From a virus: 64,000 nt of DNA. Where the stretch lies: IMG/VR virus record IMGVR_UViG_3300020213_000001. One strand, 5' to 3'. This document shows positions 55,713 through 64,000 of this stretch, one piece after another (within the stretch, counting starts at the first letter, position 1; each line of letters starts with the position of its first letter). The notes beneath the pieces were generated by a model that was given only the letters and a program-made list of their open reading frames with translations, was not told the origin of the DNA and did no database searches. The position numbers and the translations under genes were made by a program.

Positions 55713-56740
55713 ACATCGACTCCCTTTAATTTAATAATTTTTTTCTCGATCAAATTTAAACTTTGTGCAGCATTATAGACGTGGTTCATGGTATCGTGTT
55801 TTTCTAAATTTTCTTCAATATTCATATCTGGACACTCTGTAGCGTCGTAGATTCCTCCATATTTTGCGTCTTCTTTGTCTAAATTAGCATTGGCGTTTGT
55901 ATACCCAGAACTATTTAAAAGAGATTCAATATGCTCCATTGAAATTGGCAGCTTAGGAGAAGATCTTCCTGCCTCTATGTCTTTTTGAAAGCTTTCGTTT
56001 ACTACTTCAGCAAGTACTTTAATATCGTCAATCCCCATCCTACCTCGCAATGCATTTGAACGATATAGGATTTTACGATCACTAGGGTATAGGCGTATAA
56101 AAGTTTTTGAATACTCTTCAATCAAAAACCCAACCATTCTGCCAATACCTACGGAACGCCAAACTGTGCTGTAATCCCCGGTGTACTTGTCAACGCCGGA
56201 AATAAGACCATAGGTGCATATTCCAATAAAATCAAGCAGGGTGTGGTGTGATTTTGGAGTTTTGTTGTAGAATATCTTAGCCTGATTTACAACCTGCGGT
56301 AGGTTGTTTTCAATAAGAATTCTTCTTGTTTCAACTAATTCATCAAAATACTGTTTTGATTTTCCCGGGAGAGCTTGATCGTAATTATTTACTATGAAAT
56401 TTGCAAACTGATAGTTTATATTTAGGGACATCAGAGATTTTACGTTTTTAGTTCTAATGGCTACAGAAAGTCCCTTTAGAGATGAAGACATTTCTCTAAA
56501 ATATGTTTGAGCACTTAGTATGTTTCCTAGATCATTGTTTACGTAATCAATAAACTTAAGGTAGACTTCTTCAGATTTCGCATACTTGCAGATTTCATTG
56601 CGAAACCTACGTTCGCATTTAACTAAACTTTCAACCTGTTTTTGCTGATCTCCTATCAATCCCTCATTAGCATCAAGGACAAGTCTAATGCCCTGAGCTA
56701 GTTTTTGGAATCCTCGATCAACAAAAAATTTCTTCGCCAT
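55709..56740 (-). CDS. Phage sigma-70 family factor lacking region 4.2
   Basis: RRILIENNLPQVVNQAK, DFIGICTYGLISGVDKY (region 2); ends at LNLIEKKIIKLK (region 4.1). Confidence 0.75.
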   Translation of the reverse strand: MAKKFFVDRGFQKLAQGIRLVLDANEGLIGDQQKQVESLVKCERRFRNEICKYAKSEEVYLKFIDYVNNDLGNILSAQTYFREMSSSLKGLSVAIRTKNVKSLMSLNINYQFANFIVNNYDQALPGKSKQYFDELVETRRILIENNLPQVVNQAKIFYNKTPKSHHTLLDFIGICTYGLISGVDKYTGDYSTVWRSVGIGRMVGFLIEEYSKTFIRLYPSDRKILYRSNALRGRMGIDDIKVLAEVVNESFQKDIEAGRSSPKLPISMEHIESLLNSSGYTNANANLDKEDAKYGGIYDATECPDMNIEENLEKHDTMNHVYNAAQSLNLIEKKIIKLKGVDV

Positions 56741-56759
56741 ATACTATATTACCACAGTG

Positions 56760-58244
56760 TTATCCAACTATTTTGACCGTTTCGCCCGTTTCTTCATAAT
56801 ACTCAATACGCTTTTTTAAATGGTTTTCTAGAATGTGATGTCCCTTTACGTCAAAATCATAGATAAGACTATGAGGCTTTGGTTTATGAAACTGTCTGTA
56901 TTTTGATATTTCAAGCTTACGAGTGCTTCGGCCCATGGTACCTTGCTTTGTTACTATCTCAGAACTACCACCAGCCCAATTGATTGTATTGTGGGTGGGA
57001 TAAAAATTTACGCCGGTTGATACGCTTCTAGTTCCGATAAGAACGCGCACTTGGCCACTATTGAAACGTTCGATTTCATCCTGTGCGTTAACCTTCTCCA
57101 AACCCTCTTCAGCAGCGTCTTTTTTGGAGCCAGAGTGTACATAGGTGAAAGGGACTGTCAGCAAATCTTTAAGCATCTTAATTTGAGAAAGCTCTTCTAC
57201 TAGGATTAGTGTGCTCTCTTGTTTCATGCTCCATGAAGCGTTGGCAATCTTAGCGGCTATTTTTGCAATTTCTTTGTTTCTTAAAAAATGTACTCGCTTT
57301 ACCTCCATTGGGTCTTTAATCTTACGAGCAGAGGGAGAGAAAGTGTTGATTATTTTGAATTTAAGAGGGCACAGGAACTTTCCCTCTATCCCTTGTTTAA
57401 TGGTCATCTTGTAAACACACTTTCCAATTATTGAATCGTGAAGTTTTTGACCAGTAGAGCGTATCTGAGTACCGGAAACAAAGAAACGGTAAGGTACATT
57501 GTATAGAACGCCGTGACAAGCATCGCTTAGAGTGTCTGAACTAAAGGAATGTGCTTCGTCAACCGCTATAACTTCTTTTTCCTTAAAGAATTTGTATGCG
57601 GGTGTATCCTTCTTAATCATTGCAATGCTTTTAGAGATGGCTACGGTGACTTGTTTTGTTATATCTTTTTTGCCGTCTCCAAAGCCGCCCACTTTGTTTT
57701 TTCCTAAGTAAGTTTCAAAAAGGTCTAACAGTTCACAAAAAATACTTTGACTTGGAGTTACTATTACAGTTTTTAGCCCAAGGCGCTGGGTTACCATTAG
57801 CAAAACATTCGATTTACCCAATCCTGTAGATAAATCTATATGACCATGGCGTTCTTCGATCAAGCCGTCTACACTTGCTGCCTGGTAGTAGTACGGCTGG
57901 AATTCCAACGGTTTAGCCCACTTGATCGGGCTGGCCTTGGGATAAATCACCTCGGTCTTAACAGTGTATTGGAGGCCAACGATAAAGGGAATTGATCCGG
58001 GTCTGATTATCCACTGACCATCTTCAAACCTAACCACATTAGTCCACAATTTATCTTTAAGATCTTCATATGCAGCTTCATAGCCGCTAGGATTATTTCT
58101 ACGAAACCATTGGTTGTTCCTAAGACGAGTCATGTTGTTCTCAACTACTCCGTCCTTATATCTAAACTGACTCTCAAGTCTAGATAGCTCTTCAGTTGTA
58201 CCTGAAACATGAGCTACACTAGGGTTTTTAATGATTATCTCCAT
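56760..58244 (-). CDS. uvsW: SF2 DNA helicase (UvsW-like)
   Basis: YYYQ Q-motif, STGLGKS, DEAH, SGT, GRSTR. Confidence 0.8.
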   Translation of the reverse strand: MEIIIKNPSVAHVSGTTEELSRLESQFRYKDGVVENNMTRLRNNQWFRRNNPSGYEAAYEDLKDKLWTNVVRFEDGQWIIRPGSIPFIVGLQYTVKTEVIYPKASPIKWAKPLEFQPYYYQAASVDGLIEERHGHIDLSTGLGKSNVLLMVTQRLGLKTVIVTPSQSIFCELLDLFETYLGKNKVGGFGDGKKDITKQVTVAISKSIAMIKKDTPAYKFFKEKEVIAVDEAHSFSSDTLSDACHGVLYNVPYRFFVSGTQIRSTGQKLHDSIIGKCVYKMTIKQGIEGKFLCPLKFKIINTFSPSARKIKDPMEVKRVHFLRNKEIAKIAAKIANASWSMKQESTLILVEELSQIKMLKDLLTVPFTYVHSGSKKDAAEEGLEKVNAQDEIERFNSGQVRVLIGTRSVSTGVNFYPTHNTINWAGGSSEIVTKQGTMGRSTRKLEISKYRQFHKPKPHSLIYDFDVKGHHILENHLKKRIEYYEETGETVKIVG

Positions 58245-58282
58245 CCACTATAATACCACGCCATTAGGGCAATCTTTGTTGT

Positions 58283-59050
58283 ATGAATGAAAATAACTAC
58301 ATACACACCAACTACGGACTTTCTCTTTACCCTAACGCTACTGAGCCAGATAATGAGAATGGAATATACTTTTTAATTTTATTTTATATACTTAAAAATG
58401 CAAACAAGTCTCTAGTGGACGCAGATGTTGAAAATTTCAAAGAAACCGTAGAAAATTTGACAACTTACAGCCCATACGGTAGAATTAAGGGTCTGTATGA
58501 TAGGGTAGCTGGAGATTCACTAGATATCGAAAAATCCAATGTTAATAAAATTTCTCACGACAATTTATCTGCTATCTCTGCATTTTCGCGTCTTTTTAGT
58601 GACAAAATGTCATTCCACAAAGAACTAGCCAGCTATGGTTATAAAAAACTAATGAAATACGACAACGGCTACCCAGATAGTCCTAGGTGGATTTACAAGC
58701 AAAAGAGCGGTCAAACTAGCACATCTTTTCAGTGGCATCCTAGGGATTGGTTTTTTTGGTTAACAAATGGTGGGTATTGGTGGGCTTGGGTTTTCTTTCC
58801 TGTTTTCTTTTTTGCTAACATCATCTCTTGTTTTAGCCCAAAAGAGAAAACCTCTGGGAAACTCCTAATGTTTATGCGTCTTGAATCTGGTAGCAATTGG
58901 TCTAGTCTCATGTGGCTTAATAAGAAAATATGCTATTGGGTGTTGCGTAAGAAATACGGAAAAGACTGGCTAAATCAAGTATGCTCTATTTATTTCTGGC
59001 AAGAAGAAACATCGCCTATTAGAGAGTTGGCTAAGGGTTTAGACCTGTAG
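58283..59050 (+). CDS. Hypothetical Trp-rich protein with membrane segment, upstream of peptidoglycan peptidase
   Basis: 255 aa, WWAWVFFPVFFFANII hydrophobic stretch. Confidence 0.6.
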   Translation: MNENNYIHTNYGLSLYPNATEPDNENGIYFLILFYILKNANKSLVDADVENFKETVENLTTYSPYGRIKGLYDRVAGDSLDIEKSNVNKISHDNLSAISAFSRLFSDKMSFHKELASYGYKKLMKYDNGYPDSPRWIYKQKSGQTSTSFQWHPRDWFFWLTNGGYWWAWVFFPVFFFANIISCFSPKEKTSGKLLMFMRLESGSNWSSLMWLNKKICYWVLRKKYGKDWLNQVCSIYFWQEETSPIRELAKGLDL

Positions 59051-59067
59051 ACTTCCTTGGAGTAATC

Positions 59068-59532
59068 ATGATTGACTGGACTAATTCAGAACAAAAAATC
59101 TCTAAATACTTTAAAGTCAAGGAAGTTCTTCTTCTTCCTAGTTGGGGCGTTTACCATGTTCCATCTGAACAGGAAAAAGAAGAAATTGTAAAGCTAGCCC
59201 AAATAATGGACATCATTAGAGAGAAATTTAATGCAAGCATATCGGTGCATTGCTGGATAAGACCTACATCTGCAAACTGCCCTGGATCACGGTATCACGG
59301 TAAAAACTACAACCTAGAGGTAGGAAGTACTAGTACTAAGTCAGGCCATATATTCGGAATGGCGATTGATTTCCACGTAAAGGGTTACGAAGGTAAAGAC
59401 GGCTGTGCTAAAGTCAGAGCAGCTTTAGAGCCTATTTTAGAAAGTCTAGATATTCGTATGGAAGACATAGACGGAAGCTGGGTCCATGTTGATACAAAAC
59501 CAGTGATAAGTAAGAGGTTTTTTAAGCCCTAG
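59068..59532 (+). CDS. Peptidase M15A, probable endolysin
   Basis: ISKYF, R...N..VG, SGHIFGMAID, WVHVD. Confidence 0.85.
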   Translation: MIDWTNSEQKISKYFKVKEVLLLPSWGVYHVPSEQEKEEIVKLAQIMDIIREKFNASISVHCWIRPTSANCPGSRYHGKNYNLEVGSTSTKSGHIFGMAIDFHVKGYEGKDGCAKVRAALEPILESLDIRMEDIDGSWVHVDTKPVISKRFFKP

Positions 59533-59565
59533 AGTCGCTTACAATCGCACTAATTGATATCCTAA

Positions 59566-60603
59566 TCATTTCCCACTATATCCAACGTATACTTCCCTAT
59601 CCATCAAGTCAACAAGATTTTGAAGCATAATCACTTCATTGTTGTAGTTTTCAACACCTGTGACTGATAGGTAGGCTTTTTTAATACCCAAGGGGTGTTT
59701 TCTAAGGACACGAGCAAAAAGCTGATTGCGATTGTCTAAGTCATTGCTTTTCTTCATATCTACCAGACAAGTGATACTTTCATCTGAAAATCCCAACACT
59801 CCCTTACCGACTACAATCAACACACCAGCACTAGCCTTCTTAAAGGCCTCTATTTGCTCATTAGAGGCATCGTTGTGACTAGTGCTAAGAAAGGTATGAT
59901 TACCCAGCTCTAGCAGCTTATTGTTGATTTTACGGGCTTGAGCAATCGTTTTACATGCCCACATCACCTTACGCATGTCATACCCTTGTTTTTTAGCGTG
60001 AGCATATACCGCTCCAACATCACTGTCTTCAGCCTTAACAACATCTAGGTCTACAGCACTGAACACATCGTTATCCACTAGATCAGAAGCCGCAATGAAG
60101 TAAATCCCGAATTTCTTGGTGTTTTCGTAGGAGCTATCCACTTCGTTGTTATAATTAATGAAACAAGAAGGGCTGCCTGTCATGAGTATTTGATGCTTAG
60201 GCTTATGTTTAGAGATGATTGAGTTAACCATAGGTGCAGAGTAATACTGGTGAGCCTCATCTATTACCAGAAGATCGATGGAATCAATTTTGCTAGCATT
60301 GACTGGAATGCCAACTTCAACCTGTGAGTTAGATGCGAATAAACCGAATGTGAAGTTTGGCTTAACATGAGCGTTGGTGAAGTTTTCAATCAACTGAGAC
60401 TTAAGACAGGTTTGATTGTGAGCTAGAACTTTACACTTAGCATTTGGGAAAAGCTTAAAAAAATCATTCAGGATCAGGATCAGGATAGTACTTTTACCAC
60501 TACCCGGGCACGCTCCAAGAACAGCGGCTTCGTACTTATTTGAAAGCGCCATGCTAAGAGTGGCTTTTGCGGCTTTAATCTGGAAGTCATAGTTACCTTT
60601 CAT
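59566..60603 (-). CDS. DEAD/DEAH-box SF2 helicase
   Basis: YDFQ, CPGSGKS, DEAH, MTGSP, Q..ARVLR. Confidence 0.85.
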   Translation of the reverse strand: MKGNYDFQIKAAKATLSMALSNKYEAAVLGACPGSGKSTILILILNDFFKLFPNAKCKVLAHNQTCLKSQLIENFTNAHVKPNFTFGLFASNSQVEVGIPVNASKIDSIDLLVIDEAHQYYSAPMVNSIISKHKPKHQILMTGSPSCFINYNNEVDSSYENTKKFGIYFIAASDLVDNDVFSAVDLDVVKAEDSDVGAVYAHAKKQGYDMRKVMWACKTIAQARKINNKLLELGNHTFLSTSHNDASNEQIEAFKKASAGVLIVVGKGVLGFSDESITCLVDMKKSNDLDNRNQLFARVLRKHPLGIKKAYLSVTGVENYNNEVIMLQNLVDLMDREVYVGYSGK

Positions 60604-60677
60604 GTTATTATAATAGCACGATTTTACAGATAGTGGTATCTGTATTTGTAACTACTACTTAGCGTAAGTAGTTGTAT

Positions 60678-61499
60678 TCATACATTTTTTTTGTTTTTCT
60701 TGCTGCGGCTTATTTTAGCTGGGACATTGGGAAGTCCGTATTTTCCACGCTGTTCTTCAAACCCGTCGTAGTCTGGAGAAATATAGCTTATCTTACCATC
60801 AACATGTCCGAAACCCTTAGCTAAGTACGTGATACGACAGCGGCAATTAATATGGAGTCCACATAGACTTGGAAACTGTCCACCTGGAGTGTAATAGGAA
60901 GACGTAATTTCGGATAGTTTCCAGTACCTAGGTGTTATCCTGTCCGGCAGCGTATGCAGGATGTATTCATAAGGTCCTGTAACCTCGTCGTGTACAACAA
61001 TGAAAAACACCGTTGGGTCATTGTTTCCTGCCACTTTTCCAATTTTAGAGATATTAAGGGCGGTACCTGTGTTTCCAGAGCGTTGTGACTCTGCATTTGC
61101 TATCAATCTTACGTGATTGTTGGATAAATCCAACTCCTTTTGTACGATTTCCTTAATATCACTAGCTTTTAGTGACTTGTTCCCCATCACTAGCTCCTGA
61201 GAGTGAGCAGTTACTTCGTTTACAACTCTAGCTACGGTTTTAGTTTTAATAGCTTCCATGTAACTATTGGCTACATTCAAAAGCCCTTTAAGAACTTCTT
61301 CTTCGTCTCTGTCAGCCTTGCGATCACCCAAGGCTTGAAAAAAAAGAGAGGTTAAGCTGTTTTTGTTGCTTGAAATAGTTAGTTTTTTGTCTTTAGATAT
61401 TTTAGGGATAATCCCTAGAAAATCCATAGTAACGCTATCAAATTTAGCGCCCACTAGCTGAGCTATTTTTTGAATAAGGTCGAAGGAGATGTTTCTCAT
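60678..61499 (-). CDS. Head morphogenesis protein (MuF/SPP1 gp7-like)
   Basis: LIANAE...N; GLHINCRC; downstream of portal. Confidence 0.7.
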   Translation of the reverse strand: MRNISFDLIQKIAQLVGAKFDSVTMDFLGIIPKISKDKKLTISSNKNSLTSLFFQALGDRKADRDEEEVLKGLLNVANSYMEAIKTKTVARVVNEVTAHSQELVMGNKSLKASDIKEIVQKELDLSNNHVRLIANAESQRSGNTGTALNISKIGKVAGNNDPTVFFIVVHDEVTGPYEYILHTLPDRITPRYWKLSEITSSYYTPGGQFPSLCGLHINCRCRITYLAKGFGHVDGKISYISPDYDGFEEQRGKYGLPNVPAKISRSKKNKKNV

Positions 61500-62077
61500 T
61501 ATTTGATTTCAATATTAAGACCAGAATCTTCAATCAACTTGTCAATACCGGAGCCAGCACTTGAGGACTCTTTAGCCCATTTATCAAGAATACTATTTAC
61601 TAATGTTTTCTGAGCAGAGATAACCTTTGTGGAATTGTCTTTAAACGCTCTTTCTTTTTGAGTTTTGCGCAAAATAGCAATTGCCTCTACTGCTTTACGC
61701 ATATCAATAACCGAAGGCTTTTCGCCTTTTTGAACTAAGCTGGCTAGTTCATTAATATGCTGATCAAGTTCGCTCTGACCTTCTTCCGTAGGCATTTCTT
61801 CGCCGGACATTTCCTGCCCTTCTTCCATAGGAGCGCCCTGAGCATTTGGATCTTGAGCATTTGGATCTTGACTAGGATCAATAGGTTGACCGTTTTCGTC
61901 AACCTGCTGTCCCATCATGGCAGCTTCCTGTGCGGCTTGCTGCTGCATTTGCTGCTGCATTTGCTGCATTTGAGAGTCTTTCATTCCCTGCTCATAGCCC
62001 AAACGGAATGCAACGTCTTTTACTTCAAGAAATTGACCACGAATGTCCATGTACTTTTTTTTCCAATCCGCTGACAT
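61499..62077 (-). CDS. Gln-rich hypothetical head-region protein
   Basis: QMQQ and DPNAQ repeats; between portal and MuF. Confidence 0.6.
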   Translation of the reverse strand: MSADWKKKYMDIRGQFLEVKDVAFRLGYEQGMKDSQMQQMQQQMQQQAAQEAAMMGQQVDENGQPIDPSQDPNAQDPNAQGAPMEEGQEMSGEEMPTEEGQSELDQHINELASLVQKGEKPSVIDMRKAVEAIAILRKTQKERAFKDNSTKVISAQKTLVNSILDKWAKESSSAGSGIDKLIEDSGLNIEIK

Positions 62078-62092
62078 ATTAGCTCCTATTTA

Positions 62093-63856
62093 TTAATTTT
62101 CTGTATCGTCCATCATATCTTTTATTAACATATCCAAAATCTCCATAGCGTCTGGACGAGTAGCATAGTAAGCTGCGACAGCCGCTGGATTATACTGAGT
62201 CAGAGCTTGCATGTTTGTACTCCAGAACTGATCACGCCTATATCTTAGGGTAGGATCAACACCGGCGGCTGGAGATTCATTGAAAGTATGAATAATATCA
62301 GAAACATTGTTGTAAGCGTCTAACGTTTGTCTATATCCGGGGTTAAGTGGGATTTTAGGAGACAGACCTGGAGAAATCGGATCTTTTTGAACTTCACTAA
62401 GAACATCTGCATAGCTCATGTGTATGCTCATTTCTGAAGTAATTCGTTGTGATTCCTTTTCTCTGCTTTCGGCATCTAATCCAGACAGCGTAATTTCGCA
62501 AATTTCTGCCAATTCTGGGTCGATGAGTGGAAGGATTTTGTAGTTAAGGAATGTTTGCCAATGATTAATAAGGGGTTTTAGGGAAATATCACGGGCGGCG
62601 GTTAGTTTCCATTCATTGTTACTCTCAGACATTGACTGATTGTTTGTACCCTTGGATAAGTGTGCAAATCCAGGCAACTCGTCTGGAGACATGCCGAATG
62701 CTGAAAGGATATTTCTTGTAGTTTGATCAAATAGATATTCAAACTCTCCGTCTTTCTTGTTGGGAGTAGTTTGTATCCATTCAACGTTCTCTTCTTTTCC
62801 TACGCCAAAGATAGGTGTTCTGAAAGAATTGTCTACGTTGTTAATGCTTGCTTGAAAATTCTGCTTAATATCTTCAATATCTTCCTTATTGATATCGTCA
62901 GACTTAATAACAAGCATACCCTTGGCTGCCTTGCCGTTCTGAAAGTAAAGCTTATTGTAAACTTCAATAGAACTGTGAGTAGTAACGGCTGTGATAATAG
63001 TGTCTAGCGGAGTGACTGGGTAGCCGTTATGCTCAATATCTGTGCTTGGGTATAGATTGTGAACTACCATCTCATCAGGTGAAAATGCCTGTGTTGGAAT
63101 TCCTTCAATAACCTGTACCCAGTCATACTGGTCTTTTTCAATCATTTCAGGATTAATCTTTACACCAGTTAGGTTTTGCAACAGTGCTATTGAGCCTCTT
63201 CTGATACTGGTATGAGCGTCACTGCTTTTTACAGCGTGATAGATTGTTCCCGCATCTACAGGGCGAAACCTGTTAAATACTTTATTTTCTGTATCTGAAT
63301 AGATGATCTCTGTAGAGAACTGACCAAAACTAAGACCGTTTATAGTTTGCGAATAGAAGAATTCAGAAAGAGTCATCTTCTCTTTCTCTCCGAGTCCTTC
63401 TGTAAGTCCGCAATTCAAGAGAATTTTATTAGCTCTATCAATTCTTTCTTGAATCTTAATCATCTGTTCTGGTTCAACTATCTTTTTAAACTCTTCCCTC
63501 AAAACAGTTCTAATACCTACATCAAACCTATCCGCTTGGATTTTACCAAACATGCTCATTACGTTTCCGCGAGCGCGCATGATACCTGCGATTAACAGGT
63601 TACCAACCCTGATTTGCTTGATAACATAGGGAGGAAGTAGCCTGCGCCTTATCTTATAAACACCAGCATAACTATCGTTTTGCCTAGGGTTTTCTGTAAC
63701 CGATAGCCTTGGAACTTTACGGCTTTTGTTGGCAGACCCCATTGCGTTTTTTATAAGGTCGTTATAAAAAGCAGGAGACTGAGCAATGGGCATATTCATA
63801 GTATCAGCACTATTAAATATGATTGGTTTTCTTACTGTTTTAGTTTCGTCAGTCAT
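62093..63856 (-). CDS. Portal protein
   Basis: FRPVDAGTI, GYPVTPLD, NKLYFQNG..AKG, AFGMSPDEL, LKPL. Confidence 0.85.
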   Translation of the reverse strand: MTDETKTVRKPIIFNSADTMNMPIAQSPAFYNDLIKNAMGSANKSRKVPRLSVTENPRQNDSYAGVYKIRRRLLPPYVIKQIRVGNLLIAGIMRARGNVMSMFGKIQADRFDVGIRTVLREEFKKIVEPEQMIKIQERIDRANKILLNCGLTEGLGEKEKMTLSEFFYSQTINGLSFGQFSTEIIYSDTENKVFNRFRPVDAGTIYHAVKSSDAHTSIRRGSIALLQNLTGVKINPEMIEKDQYDWVQVIEGIPTQAFSPDEMVVHNLYPSTDIEHNGYPVTPLDTIITAVTTHSSIEVYNKLYFQNGKAAKGMLVIKSDDINKEDIEDIKQNFQASINNVDNSFRTPIFGVGKEENVEWIQTTPNKKDGEFEYLFDQTTRNILSAFGMSPDELPGFAHLSKGTNNQSMSESNNEWKLTAARDISLKPLINHWQTFLNYKILPLIDPELAEICEITLSGLDAESREKESQRITSEMSIHMSYADVLSEVQKDPISPGLSPKIPLNPGYRQTLDAYNNVSDIIHTFNESPAAGVDPTLRYRRDQFWSTNMQALTQYNPAAVAAYYATRPDAMEILDMLIKDMMDDTEN

Positions 63857-63859
63857 ATT

Positions 63860-64000
63860 TTACTCTGCGCTTGTATAAAATACAGATGCTACGTCTGTAG
63901 ATTTATTAGTAATACTGGCACTAAAGGTTTCGCCGCTTTTTAGGAAAACACCCTTTTTTGCCTTAATACCGGCGCGCATTGGGTTAATTTCAATAGCGGC
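63860..64000 (-). CDS. 3' end of hypothetical protein (partial)
   Basis: Open frame from window end to TAA at 63860. Confidence 0.5.
   Translation of the reverse strand, partial: AAIEINPMRAGIKAKKGVFLKSGETFSASITNKSTDVASVFYTSAE

Noticed and set aside
1-64000. Stop-codon reassignment
   Set aside because: Long conserved genes are intact in the standard code, and TAG, TGA and TAA all terminate genes

Overview
64 kb segment of a large lytic dsDNA tailed phage (myovirus-like, jumbo-style gene content, standard genetic code, almost all genes on the minus strand). Contractile-tail and head genes (baseplate J-like, fused LysM/gp25-like baseplate protein, spike, hub, tape-measure-like, head morphogenesis, portal) are interspersed with nucleotide metabolism genes (dUTPase, dNMP kinase, dCMP deaminase, class II NrdJ). 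Replication and repair genes include DnaE, DnaQ, gp32-like SSB, SbcCD, UvsW-like helicase, ATP ligase and DenV. There is also a phage sigma factor, several exported proteases, one tRNA-Ile(UAU) and islands of small early genes. Most striking: (1) a tandem array of seven Imm5-like paralogs plus a collapsed eighth, with conserved termini, a mosaic hypervariable Ala/Tyr-rich core written almost only in NNY codons, and repeated promoters; (2) an apparently split sigma factor, with region 4.2 on a separate small gene, alongside two recurrent promoter motifs and leaderless replication genes; (3) a circularly permuted, fragmented C5 DNA methyltransferase with a probable frameshift. All family calls come from motif recognition by eye; no searches were run.
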